From assembly GCF_006345805.1 (NCBI RefSeq), contig NC_043002.1:74462001-74526000 (forward strand): 64,000 bases of DNA, read 5' to 3'. Under the pieces are notes generated by a model. It was given only the letters and a program-made list of their open reading frames with translations. It did no database searches and was not told the origin of the DNA. Shown piece by piece: positions 1 through 12,957 of this stretch. This DNA comes from Octopus sinensis (Eukaryota). The position numbers were made by a program, and so were the translations under genes. Each line of letters starts with the position of its first letter. Positions within the stretch are counted from its first letter, which is position 1.

Positions 1-265
1 AATAAAATTTTGGATTTATGGAGGGCCAATGTTAGGAACAAAAACAGGACAGTGGAGACGTACAGGAAAACCGAACGAAAACAAACATGGTGAGTCGTTA
101 GACCTGGATGGGGGGAAAATAGTGAACGCTGAGAGAAATATTTTCTTTGAAAAGAGAAAAGATAGAAGAGAAATGGGAGACGTCTAGTCCTCTTAAACTT
201 TTTGATGCAATCTACTCTATTCTGTTTTCTCTCCTATCCTCTCTAATCCCTTTTTTCCCTTTCAC

Positions 266-303
<38 letters not shown>

Positions 304-563
304 GCTCACACGTGACCATTGTCCATCTTTCTTTTCCTCCCGTGGCCATTTTTCCTGTACGGACGTTCTAAGGACTGGATGTCTCCCATCTCTCTCTTCT
401 ATCTTTTCTCTTTTCAAAGAAAATATTTCTCTCAGCGTTCACTATTTTCCCCTCGTTCAGATGTAACGGCCTTCCATGTTTGTTTTCGTTCGGTTTCCCT
501 GTACATCTCCACTGTCCTATTTTTGTTCCTAACTTTGACCCTCCATAAATCCAAAATTTTATT
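1..563. repeat. Long inverted repeat (arms ~1-192 and ~371-563) in a repeat element that probably continues to ~765
   Basis: 1-90 (aataaaattttggatttatggagggcc...aaacatgg) is the reverse complement of ~475-563; the match continues inward to ~192/371. Confidence 0.85.
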
Positions 564-852
564 TTGGTATTTATGGGAGCAACTGTCTTCGAAGACTCAT
601 ATTGTCATTGATTGTTCGAAATGGGGAGTCGGTAGACAGCTGACAACTGATGAAGGGTCATTCTTTGTATTACTTGTCCGTTTTTTTCTCTCTCGATATT
701 TGCGTATTTAATTCATTTGTTTTCGTATTTCATATTGTTTACTGTTGGTGACGTCCTGTACTCATATATGCATATATACATACATACATATATATTATTT
801 ATATATTATTTATATTATTTATATTATATATATATTTATTATTTATATTATA

Positions 853-1120
853 TCACCGTGATCACCGAGACCGACCAGGCTATCAGATGCTGTTTTAGCC
901 TTCAAATGACGCCACCCCGCGAACAGGCCAACAGTAGAAAGAGTCAGAGAAAGTTGTGGCGAAAGAGTACAGTAGGGATCGCCACCACCACCCTGCCGGA
1001 GACTCGTGGAGCTTTAGGTGTTTTCGCTCAATAAACACTCACAACGCCCGGTCGGGGAATCGAAACCGCGATCCTACGACCGCGAGTCCGCTGCCCTAAC
1101 CACTAGGCCATTGCGCCTCC
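853..1120 (-). mobile_element. tRNA-derived SINE, family A
   Basis: Reverse complement of the head GGAGGCGCAATGGCC.AGTGGTTAGGGCAGCGGACTCGCGGTCGTAGGATCGCGGTTTCGATTCCC with Pol III A/B boxes; matches 11914-12218. Confidence 0.85.
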
Positions 1121-1215
1121 ACATTTATATTATATATATATATGCATATATATGTGTATGTGTGTGTATATATATATATATATATATCTATATATATATA
1201 TATATATATATATAA

Positions 1216-1252
<37 letters not shown>

Positions 1253-1278
1253 GAGAACAGACAGACAGACAGACAGAC

Positions 1279-1327
<49 letters not shown>

Positions 1328-1391
1328 TAGATAGATAGATAGATAGATAGATATAAATATAAAATCCAGGGATCGAAATGTATATATGTTG

Positions 1392-1460
<69 letters not shown>

Positions 1461-1462
1461 AT

Positions 1463-1525
<63 letters not shown>

Positions 1526-1599
1526 AAGAGAGAACTCTTAGCTAGAGTAAGTTATGTTTGTGTGTGTGTGTGTGTATGTCTTCAAAGGAAAATAAATTC

Positions 1600-1965
1600 T
1601 ATACAGATGAATATTAAACATTATAATCTAGTTTTGGTGAAGGGAGACGCGGAATATTTTAAAATCCACAAGCTACGAAAGGTCTTTCTTTCTCTATCTA
1701 CTACGAAGAAAATACGTCCAGCTCTACGAAAAAGGTTCTACTGGAAGGGAGAAACGATATGACAAAGCTAAAACTATAAAAATCACAGAGGAACGAAGAC
1801 TGGAATTCTATATTCTTCAGGGAAGAAAGGCAATTCTGCAGCAACTGTCAAATGAGTTTTAAACTGTTGAGAACCATACGGTCTCCAAAAGGACAATTAC
1901 AAGATGATTAATAAATTTTGGGTTTTACCTCTAAAAGATGTGCTCAGAAGGCCTTTGCAAACTAA
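1600..1965 (+). pseudogene. Decayed Tc1-like transposase N-terminal fragment
   Basis: Frame reads EKGSTGREKRYDKAKTIKITEERRLEFYILQGRKAILQQLSNEF*..NHTVSKRTITR*LINFGF, resembling the Tc1 DNA-binding region. Confidence 0.45.
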
Positions 1966-2026
1966 GAACAAATGTATTAGCACTTTGCGCGCGCGTGTGT
2001 ATATATCTAGCTACGTATCTATCAGC

Positions 2027-2107
<81 letters not shown>

Positions 2108-2199
2108 AAATGGGACGAACGCAAAACATCCGGACAGTTAGAGGATATATATAACGTGAAGGTTTTATAGAAATATATATATAATATATATTATATATA

Positions 2200-2244
<45 letters not shown>

Positions 2245-2259
2245 TGTATATATATACAC

Positions 2260-2296
<37 letters not shown>

Positions 2297-2459
2297 AAAA
2301 ATATATACACACACACACACACATATACATGTTTCAGGAGAGGGAAGATGAAAAATGAGGAGACGGAGAAGTGTGTATGCGTGTATGTGTTTGCATGTAC
2401 GTGTGTACGTATGCGTGTGTGTATGTGTATGTGCATGTGTATGTGTGTTTGTGTGTGTA

Positions 2460-2510
<51 letters not shown>

Positions 2511-3009
2511 TGTGCGTGCGCCGCGTGTGTGTGTGCAACGGGTGAGAAATGGGAACAAAAATAATTAGCATTACAGAGATTTCACCGACGCGAAGGTCAT
2601 GGTATCCATCGACGACTCAATATGGCTTTGGTGTTTGTCAACAGGATACATTTCTGGAAGGTAATTAACTTGTGAAGTGACGCTTTAATTCAATCAGCGG
2701 GTTACTAAATATCACAGAGGGAAGGCCACTATGATACACCTTACAACACTGCCCGACACCGCGGACAGGTAATTAGATAGGCATTACGCTGATTTAATTA
2801 CAAATGTCTAGATCTTTAACAGACTAGTATCGCTATCACACACACACACACACACACACACCACACACACACACAACACACACACACATGCACACACATA
2901 CACACACACATACACACACACACACAACACACTCACATATGTATATATACACATACATAATTATGTTTATATATATATGCATATATATGTATGCACACAC
3001 ATATAGATG

Positions 3010-3046
<37 letters not shown>

Positions 3047-3134
3047 CGTATATATATGTATGTAAACATATATATATATGTGCGTCTTTAAATATGTATA
3101 TATACATATATATGCATATATATATGTATGTATC

Positions 3135-3204
<70 letters not shown>

Positions 3205-3809
3205 CATACATACGCTATACATATAGCCACAGGTATAAATATGCATATACACACGGACATATACATGTATATATTTTTGTGAGTGTGTGTGTGTATAAAT
3301 AAATATATTGTATATGTCGTGCACATGCACAAAGTGTATATTATATATATATGCATATATATTGTAAATATGGTGTACATACATATAGTGTATATGTTTG
3401 TGCTTATGTGCGTGCATTTACGCATTTTCGTTTGTATCGTTTTTACCCCCCTTTTTTTTCTTTTCTTTTCTTCATCTCAATCAAAATTACAGCCTTATCA
3501 AAGGAAGAGTCTGTGACAAAACGGAAACGTCTCGCTGCCAACGCTTCACGCATGCAGCACGAAGTCAGACTGCAGCAAAAACAATTACACGCCTGTAATA
3601 TTAACAATTGGTGAAACAAAACTGTACAATGGTTTCAAAGCCTCAACCACAGCCACAGCCACAAGAGGAACAAAAATTCTACTGACCAATGGCAGCTGAA
3701 AGAGATTTTTAATTAGCATACGACCATAACTAATTTACGGTTTGAGACACGCTAAAAAGATTACTGTAGTAATGAGTCAATGACAAACTCTCTGTTCGTT
3801 TCTATCTGC

Positions 3810-3995
3810 CAGAAATAATGACTAAATTACACCCTCATTCGTTCGTCTTATTAAAAATAATAGGGAAAGACACATTGGATATGGTAACTCTAGATATATT
3901 ATGTTTCAAAGAAAAGATGGAATAGCCTGGTTAGAACGCTTTTGATCATCACTCTGCTGGATAAGAGCTGACTTAGGAACTAAATACCAACAGCA
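3810..3995 (+). repeat. Dispersed repeat family F (SINE-tail-like); other copies ~7290-7400, 22660-22850, 34120-34520, 35560-35800 and 47800-47980(-)
   Basis: Shared degenerate motifs tagaaatagcagccaaat...ggacacattggat...ctttgatcatagg...gctgacctggggctaaacaacaac. Confidence 0.55.
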
Positions 3996-4280
3996 ATTGT
4001 TTGAGGTATTCATAGGCAAACTGCGGTCTGTAGGTCTTTCTGAATGGCACACCAAGAAAAGTTTACCTTTTTTTAAAAATTTTTATTTGTCTAGCCCGCT
4101 GATGATGAGTGATGTTTCAAGCAGCCCGTTTCTCAGAAAAGTTAGCCCATGGATGTGGAAGATGAGTACAAAGATTGGTAAAAATAAAAAAAAAGGTGAG
4201 GTAAACGAATTATCATATTTGAATTTTTTTTCAATGTACGTTTAAAATTTTTATAACTTATCCAACACTAATAACTGACT

Positions 4281-4609
4281 GGCACTCCGTCGGTCACGAC
4301 GACGAGGCTTCCATTTGATCCAACCAATGGAACAACATGCACGTGAAATTAACATGCAAGTGGTTGAGCATGTCACAGACACGCGTATCCTTAATGTAGT
4401 TCTCAAGGAGATACAGCGTGACATAGAATGTAACAAGGCTACAAGGCTGACCCTTTGAAACACAGGTACTACACATCTTTGCTGGCTGAGTGGACTGGAG
4501 TAACATGAAATAAAGTGCCTTGCTCAAGGACACAACGTGCCGCCGGGAATCGAACTCACGACCTTATAATCGTGAACCGAATCACCTAAACACTAAGCCA
4601 CGCGCCTTC
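4281..4609 (-). mobile_element. tRNA-derived SINE, family D
   Basis: Head GAAGGCGCGTGGCTTAG...GTGAGTTCGATTCCCGGC, CORE-like ccttgagcaaggcacttt and a tail shared with 46680-46978. Confidence 0.85.
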
Positions 4610-4692
4610 AGAACATTATTATGTCCAACAACATGATGAAGTAAAAAAAAATTATACAGGTATAAACTTCATTTAGCCTTTCCGTCAATAAT

Positions 4693-4810
4693 GAAGGCGC
4701 GTGGCCTCGTGGTTAAAGTGTTGCACCCACGATCGTAAGATCATGGTTTCGATACTTGATCAAAGCACTTTATTTCATGTTGCCCCAGTCCAGTTGGCTG
4801 TAATAAGTGC
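4693..4810 (+). mobile_element. Family D SINE, head only
   Basis: gaaggcgcgtggcctcgtggttaaagtg...ggtttcgatac; inverted relative to the 4281-4609 copy. Confidence 0.7.
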
Positions 4811-5339
4811 CATGATTAGCTAGTCAGGAGGTGAGTGTTGTAATCTCAATCCCATAAGCGCCCTAAAAAACTGGGTTAAGCTCCTGCCTTAAGTGTGTCC
4901 TAGGGTCCATAACAGATCTAAGAAATTAATAGACCGTTTAAACATTTCCCTAATAGTTTGAGTGCTGAAAAGAATTGTATATGTCAATGTAAAAACAACA
5001 CGCAATTAGGTATGTACCATATTTTAATGTAGTCCGGGTTATAAAAAGACTTTTCATCCATATTTTCCATAAAGTTCTTTTCCCTTGGGATGAAATTGTC
5101 CCAATATGTCGGCATACTACTTTCAACTCGTCACACGCAATCTGATTGGCTATTTTCCAAATCGGTTCTATCTATGCGGTGCTAGAATTGAATGTGTGTC
5201 ACTAGCATTTGGAGTAATTTTTCATCGTTCTGTCTTACTTTAGAACTATGGAACTAATACTACTTCATCAACAACACCGGACACCAATCCAGATTTTCCA
5301 AGTCCCCGTTCTATGGCTAGAGACTTGCTCACCCTACAC

Positions 5340-5970
5340 TGGCTTCAAACTAGCATGGTTTGAGCATCAGTTTACTCACTGACAATCCGACGGATTACAG
5401 TGGACTACGTGTTACTAGTAGCGCTTGGAAGCGACGACCAGACAGAGTGATTTGGGACAGAGAGGAGAAACTATATACAATAGTGAAAATCAGCGGATCA
5501 ACGAAAAAGAAAAAGATCCAAGCGAAACTACTAAGAAATTTACAGCTATTCCACCTAGATTATGGAGTTCAGATTTATACCCGTATTATTGAATAGGATA
5601 TATAACAAACTGCTTCGGCACCAATTTTGAGAAATTAGGGCTCTCAAAAGGAGAAAAGAGAAAGCTAAGTCGAAGACCTTAGATACAAGTCATCAAAAAA
5701 CCTGTCAAGATATGCAAAACTTCCCCAAAATTTAGCATATTAGTACGTATGTACATGCATGTCTGGACATGCAACTATATGTATTAGTAAAAATGCATAA
5801 AACAAAACATACAGATCTGCAAATGCACTGACACCAGATACTGTACATATTCGTACATATATACGCAACTATTCTGTTGGTGTTGCAATCCTAATGAAGG
5901 AGCCTTGGAGCTAGGTTAGAAACCGGGACTTTCTTCATAGGCAAGAAATCTTGAAATAAAACGAAATAAC
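5340..5970 (+). mobile_element. 3' fragment of a non-LTR retrotransposon with a restriction-like endonuclease (R4/Dong/NeSL-like)
   Basis: KRRPDRVIWDREEKLYTIVKIS resembles the RPD..E REL motif; later FEKLGLSK...VKICKT; ends with aataaa before an (ATAC)n tract. Confidence 0.6.
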
Positions 5971-5984
5971 ATACACACATACAT

Positions 5985-5993
5985 GCACATACA

Positions 5994-6027
<34 letters not shown>

Positions 6028-6264
6028 CATACATACATACATACATACATACATACATACATACATACATACATACATACATACATGCGCATACTCTTCA
6101 TATCTATCACATACAACCAGCGCCATATATATATAAACATACCCTCAAAATGATACAAGCAGACCAATCTCCACATAATTCCACTACCGTTCAATAAGAC
6201 TGTGGCTAAGGTAACCAACGTTGTAAGATGTCAATCTATCATACGCACGCGCACACGCACGCAA

Positions 6265-6306
<42 letters not shown>

Positions 6307-6392
6307 ACACTGAATTAAACTTCATTGTATAATTTCTGCCAACATAGACCAACACCAGTGTGCTCGGGTTTTACACATTAGTATACATACAT

Positions 6393-6429
<37 letters not shown>

Positions 6430-6438
6430 TACATACAT

Positions 6439-6473
<35 letters not shown>

Positions 6474-6521
6474 TACATACATACATACATACATACATAC
6501 ATACATACATACATACATACA

Positions 6522-6550
<29 letters not shown>
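5985..6550. repeat. (ATAC)n/(AC)n microsatellite cluster, representative of many in the window
   Basis: Direct reading. Confidence 0.95.
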
Positions 6551-6552
<2 letters not shown>

Positions 6553-6770
6553 GTGAGTGGGCGCATAAACATATACGCGTGTGTACATATACATGTGCAT
6601 GTGTATATATATGTATATGCGTGTGTATATACATATGCGTGTGTGAGTGAGTGAGTGTTTGTGTGTATGGGTGGATGAAATGGATGGATGGATTGGTAGA
6701 TAGATTATTTATCCATGAACGTGTATAAGTGTGCGCGAGAAAAAAAGCAAGTGAGGAGAAAAAGAAAGAG

Positions 6771-6806
<36 letters not shown>

Positions 6807-8085
6807 CTGTTCCAGTTTCCATGTCGTAATATACAAATAATATTTAAAGGCATCCACATTTCAAAACAAATGATTTTTTTTTCTTTTCTCATCACCAGCT
6901 AATCGGTATATCTATAAATCAATCAAACAGATCATGACAGACAGCCATGACAATAGCAACTATAACTGCTGTAAAAGTAGGTTTTAATAGAGAATCGTGT
7001 CATTCTGCTCTCCACTGCTACCACCACTACCACTACTGCTGTCAACGCCGCCATAACTATTACCATTGACATCATCATCATCATCATCATCATTGACATC
7101 ATCATCACAACTATTATCAACAGCAACAGTACTCGTTTCCGCAATCTTGTACCTACTGCCATTTCCACCATAACTAAGAAACAACAGAACCTCACACGAG
7201 CCAACGGTCGTTTTATTTACTGGAATCATATCTAACTCCATTTCAAATAACGCTTTACCATCTTTTAAAACAAAAGTAGATAGGGGACTTGTGCTTGTGC
7301 TTGAAAACATTTGCTAGTTGTTCGTTGCTGAAGCAGCTTTGATAATTATAGGGTCTGCTGAATCGCAGAACTGACCTGGGGCTAAGCAACAACAACAACC
7401 ACAGGGTCTCACAATACAAACTCCACTCGATATGACAGAAAATTAAAACTCTTTAGCTGAGAACCCTACTGGCTACTTCCCTACAATCGTGAAATACAAC
7501 CCCTTCATACACGCACGCACACCTATCCAACCATACACGGTTTTAGTCATTCAGTAAGTCAGTCAGTTTGTATTATGCCATTGTGTTTCCTCTTCTGATT
7601 GACATGTTTTTTATCGGATTTGCTTGTATTCCCCACATTCTGTTAGTGCTGGCCACAATGCTGAACATATCTCAAGTCAAGTCATAGTCTCGAATGTAGG
7701 CAAAACCCTTTCGTCCAACATGTCTGCACAAGTCCTTTACAAAATATTTCTATTTGAGGAAGTTGCTGTAAACGATTTCAGCGTTCAATGGGCAATCCAT
7801 TATGAATATATGGAATCTAGCTTGTATAATCGATGCAGAGCTTGAGTCATATTGGTGAAGACTTATATTGCCGGTTATATTCGTGAATTGCAATAAATCG
7901 ATTGAGTCTCCTAGAGAACAGATATATTGATTTTCGCTTCTTGGGGTAAAGATGGTGTCTTTCAGAAAAGATTTTCTTTCTAAACGACGTTACCGTTGGT
8001 CTAGAAGCTGATATCCACATTATAATACTCGTGGAAATAGAACTTAGAATATATATATATATATGTATATATATGTATGTATATG

Positions 8086-8117
<32 letters not shown>

Positions 8118-8909
8118 TGTATGTATGTATGTATGTATGTATGTATGTATGTATATATATATATGTATGTATGTATATATATATATATATGTATATATAT
8201 GGCGCCATCGACCTAAATAAGATAAACAGCATAAAATGAACTTCCGTAAAACAAGCCTGGACATGTTAAATTTTGTCTTCCATTTTTATGAAAATCTTCA
8301 ATCATTCATGTGTAATAATATAACGCTAGGATGTCCATCAGTGTAACTCCGGAGTGAAGTATCTAACATTTTATGTGACGTGTAGGAAAAGAGTTTTCGA
8401 TATCTCTGAAGTGCTTACTTCGAGATCAACATGTACTACTGTAGCCTGTTTTATTCATTTCTTTCTTAGGTACGGGATTATTTTGTAGGAGAGAATAATA
8501 GGGAATTCGATCGACTGCGATATAACAGGCATTTATAATATCGACCTCGAGCTGGTGAAAAGTAAAGTCGATTTCGACAGAATTTGAATTCAGAACATGG
8601 AAAGGCAAGAATGATCATCGTCAGTTCTCTGGATTTTTTTTATGGGTCTGTTTCTTATTCACTACTTTACACACCTTATTGCAGCCTACACACATCGGTT
8701 GCTAGATCACCACAAAAGACATCCTGTTTAAGTTGTGTATCAAAAACATTTTAGACTAATAAACCCAACACTCCCTAGGTTATGCCCTGTCTACGTATTG
8801 AAATCAACACTGTAATTTAACGACAACCACCTCTTATATAAAGTGTATGTTGTGTAACTAACAGATAACCATGAACCACCACCACCACCACCACCACCAT
8901 CACCATCAC

Positions 8910-8934
<25 letters not shown>

Positions 8935-8942
<8 letters not shown>

Positions 8943-9150
8943 TTAACATCTATTTTTTATGCTGGCACGAATTGGACGGTTTAATAGGATCCCACGGGCC
9001 CAAGGACTGCATCGTACTCCAGTGTCTGATTTTGCACAGTTTCTACAGCTGGATGCCCTCTCTAAGACCAACCCTTTACAGAGTATACTAGGTGTATTTT
9101 TCGTGCCACTGGTACTAGCGAGGTCGCCAGGCAGCTCGCAAGACTACAGA
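8935..9150 (-). mobile_element. Family E repeat (SINE/RTE-tail type ending in (GAT)n)
   Basis: (CAT)n followed by tttaac...gtttctacagctggatgccct, the reverse complement of 62050-62318. Confidence 0.65.
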
Positions 9151-9414
9151 CCCCAAACTGATTCAAAAAGAGTTAAGTGTTTGGGCTTGTGACATTTGGA
9201 AACTTCTCACTACCAGCGACTTGATATCAGTACACTCTGTTTTATGTTTTGTCGACTAGATAGGCTGTGGCTTCCAAGTAACACGGAGGGGATATGAACC
9301 TAGAATCGGTAAAACAGATATGCAGTTACAACTACATCCATACTTCGATTGATTTTTCTGTTGGGAAAATAACAAAATCGAATTGTAGCAATTTAAGGAA
9401 ACAATTTATGTTCA

Positions 9415-10920
9415 GTTGATAAAAATTGATAAATTGATAAACAAGAAATAAACATCTGATAAAGAACTGGTAAATAAGAATTAATTAATTAAAAAAACAA
9501 CTGTTATGTAATTGATAATCAAGTGTTAAATAACAGATAAATAACTGAAGTATAACTTTAAAAAACTGATAAATAATTGCGAAATACCTGAATGGTTACT
9601 AACAAAAGAGAAACTGATAAATAACCGATAAAGAGAAGGTAATCTCCAGCATGTACTGAATGGGTTCATTGCCAAATGCTGCAAGGCAAGGACAAGAATA
9701 AGTGTTGCGAAGACAGAGGTATTAGTCTTCTCAAGAATGTTTCCCCAGGGCATTCTACATGTTAGTGGAACATCACTGAGACAAGTGAAAAAGTTTAAGA
9801 ATCTCGGAGCCATAATCGCATGCGGTGGAAAGCAGGAGGTTGAGTTGGGTGCTAGAATTGTGGGTGCTACCTCACTAATGTATCAGCTTCAGCATTCGAT
9901 CCTCTGAAGAGAAAAGTTTGGTAAAAAAAAAAAGCCAAACTTGCTATTTTCAGTTCGGTTTTCGTGCCTATTCTTACCTATGGTCATGAATGTTGAGTGA
10001 CGGCCGAAAGAGTACAATCGCGAATAGAAACAGTTGAAATAGGGTTCCTCCGAAGAATCGCCGTAGTAATGTTATCCGATAAGGTGCGTAGCTCGGAGAT
10101 GAGATCAGAGTATCTCATCTCTCTGGGTCGAGCCGCTACTTCTCTGCACTGAAAAATTACAGCTCCGATACTGCGGACGTTTGATTAGAATGTCGCAGGA
10201 AAGGTTTGCAAGACAGATTCTTCAAACCGAGCTAGCTGGCAGGAGACCCAGGGGTAGATCAAGATGACAGGATAACTTTGTTTTATTCATTAGGGCATAT
10301 TTTTCGTTCATTTTACTCCACTAATACAAGATGGTTTCACTGAAAACACAAACACATGCACAAAAGGAATAAGCACCACCATGCGATATTAGTTTGGTCA
10401 GTTAGTTTGTTAGTTTCAGTAGGTCATACTTGAAAATCCAGCAGGCAAGTTTAATCATGGTTCATCCTTTTAGGACCCTATGGAAGAAGTGCCGGAGGAC
10501 GTGACGACCACGACCCTCCCAGGAATAGAGGACGGAGAAAATGGATAGATGGATAACTGATAAATTGCTGATTAAAAACTGATAACCAACTGATAACTAA
10601 TAAACAACATAAACGACTGATAAATAACTGATAAACAACATATAAGTACTTAATAAATAACCGATAACTACTTAATAAATAACTGACAAAAACCTCGCAA
10701 GCAAGTGATAATTGACTAATAAATTAACCTATAACTGATAAACAGTTCATTTTAAAGCAAAACTCAAAAACTGATAGGCAATTGATAACTTATCAAAAAC
10801 TGATATGTAACATATAAAAAAAACTGATAAGCAATTGATAAACAAGAGATAGGTAACAAATGACTGATGAGCAAGTGATAAGTGATAAATATCTGAAAAA
10901 TATACGATAAGCAAGAATTA
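9415..10920. repeat. Degenerate ~11-bp tandem array (aactgataaat/c), split by an RTE LINE
   Basis: Many actgataa/ttgataa units at 9415-9630 and 10555-10920. Confidence 0.75.
9635..10555 (+). mobile_element. 5'-truncated RTE-clade LINE (Rex3/Expander-like), decayed
   Basis: ISVAKTEVLVFSR..LHVSGTSLRQVKKFKNLGAII..EVELGARI, PILTYGHEC and GRRPRGRSR motifs; (GGAT)-type tail. Confidence 0.8.
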
Positions 10921-11656
10921 TACCATCAGTTTGATACAGAGAAGTGAATCATTCTGATGAATCCATCTTTTTCTGTCTCTAATTTGGCGCTTACAACTGG
11001 TACTTATTTTATCGAAAGCAAAATGGATGAAAAGCAGATTCGACCAGGGCGGAATTTGAACTCAAAACATAAAATCGGAAGAAATGCCCTCTAAGTATTT
11101 TTGGCCTGAGCGGAAACGATTCTTCCAATATTGATTACTGTCATAGACACAAGGGATAAAATTTTGGGATGTGATAAAATCGATTAAATCATGCCTCTCT
11201 CATACACGATTGATACATTTTATCGGTTTCATAGAAATAAAAATTCTAAGTCGACTGCGGTATGGTTTGAAAGCAGAAGGTGTCACGGCTCTAAATTAAT
11301 TTCATTTCTTCATATTATATAATAAATATAATAAAATGAAATGGTTGACGGCAGTTAGGAAACTTAACAAAAATCACGCCCAAATTTAGAAATTACTTCC
11401 TTTGATTTGTAACAAATTGTAAATTTCTGATACAAGGAAGAATAAATAATTCCCTTAACTTCTGTCACTGAACAGCGGCCATGCTTAGGCGCTGCCTTCG
11501 GAAGGGTTTTGGTCTTTTATCGAACTCTGTCTATCGAATAGCTATGTCGACTTTCTGACACAGAGGAACGGAAATCGACATAGGGGTAACCGAAAATAGA
11601 TATACGCACATAATGTGTGTGTGTGTGTGTTTCAGTTATATATATATATATATAAA

Positions 11657-11880
11657 GTTAATCCAAACAAGAAAAACAAAAACAAAAAAGACAATAACGC
11701 AAAAGGTGGAACAATTAAAGTATTATTAGGCGCTCAGGAAAAAAGGGAAGAAGGAGGGTATGACGTTTCGAGCGGAGCTCTTCGTCGGAAACATAAGAGA
11801 AAGAAAGATCCCGAGGTGGGAGGACAGAGGGAAAAAAACGCGAGTGGTCTTCACGAGGTAAACATACTGAGAGGCGGAAG
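11657..11880 (-). mobile_element. (TA)n-anchored short element with a hammerhead motif (Penelope-like terminus)
   Basis: Homologous to 52713-52925; flanked by (TA)n. Confidence 0.7.
11758..11792 (-). ncRNA. Minimal type I hammerhead ribozyme motif (U4C variant)
   Basis: Minus strand GTTT-CCGACGA-A-GAGC-tcc-GCTC-GAAA-CG-TC-ATAC. Confidence 0.6.
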
Positions 11881-11913
11881 TCTATATATATATATAGAGA
11901 GAGAGAGAGGGGG

Positions 11914-12218
11914 GGAGGCGCAATGGCCCAGTGGTTAGGGCAGCGGACTCGCGGTCGTAGGATCGCGTTTTCGATTCCCATACCGGGCGTTGTGAGTGTT
12001 TATTGAGCGAAAACACCTAAAGCTCCACGAGGCTCCGGCAGGTGGGGGGGGGGTCGATCCATGCTATACTCTTTCGCCGCAACTTTCTCTCACTCTTTCT
12101 TCTGTTGGCCTGCTCGCTTAACCAGCGGCGTGGCGTCATTTGAAGGGTAAAACAATGCGAAGCGCATTGTGACCAGCGATGTGTAGCAACATCTGATAGC
12201 CTGGTCGGTCACGGTGAT
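11914..12218 (+). mobile_element. tRNA-derived SINE, family A
   Basis: A box TGGCCCAGTGG, B-box-like TTTCGATTCCC, tail ending ggtcacggtgat(TA)n. Confidence 0.88.
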
Positions 12219-12579
12219 ATATATATATATATATATATAATGGGCTTCCGCACAGTTTTCGTCAGCAAAATTTCACGAGTCATTTCTCAACCGGTTGATT
12301 ATTCGTGCACTTAATGTTTACAACACAGTTGTGACTAGATATTTATTAGGACCAACAAAATAAATAGATAATGTTCTCTGAACAGAAAATGCTCTGTTCG
12401 TGGCTAAGGGTTGCTTTGACTCGTATTTCTAGCAATGCTGGTGATGACTTGCACCCTTACTCACTTTCAGCGACGATTGTACTTGTGCCATTTGGTTTTA
12501 AATTGCGACTAGTCACTTTAATAAGCTATATATATATATATATATATATATGCATATGTGGGCATAGGACGTCACGAAA

Positions 12580-12848
12580 CGTGTACAACAAAAAAAAATA
12601 TGAAGTACGAGTACATAGAATATGAACTATTTTTTTGAACAACGAAAGACACAAATGGAAAACAAGACAAACGACATAAAGAACGACCCGTCATCAGTTG
12701 TTGGCTGTTTTTCTACTCTCGTATTTCGAAACAACTGATGAAGAATCGTTCTTATGTTTTTTGTCTTGTTTTTCATTTGCGTCTTTCGTTGTTCGAAATA
12801 GTTCATATTCCATATAGTCGTACTTCGTATTTTTTGTTGTATAGATGT
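12580..12848. repeat. Inverted repeat with ~120-bp arms and ~27-bp spacer
   Basis: tacaacaaaaaa..gaagtacga...tcatcagttgtt pairs with aacaactgatga...tcgtacttcgtattttttgttgta. Confidence 0.85.
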
Positions 12849-12871
12849 AAGTACATATACGTATCTATATA

Positions 12872-12957
<86 letters not shown>

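Noticed and set aside
1018-3425. ORFs rich in YI, CV, HT and MYVC repeats here and throughout the window
   Set aside because: They are translations of (AT)n, (GT)n and (ATAC)n microsatellites, not genes.
7560-7990. Possible second Penelope endonuclease remnant on the minus strand (DCPLNAEIVY)
   Set aside because: Too degraded to support from one short motif.
11914-11990. tRNA gene
   Set aside because: It is the tRNA-derived head of a multicopy SINE and continues into a SINE body without a proper acceptor stem.
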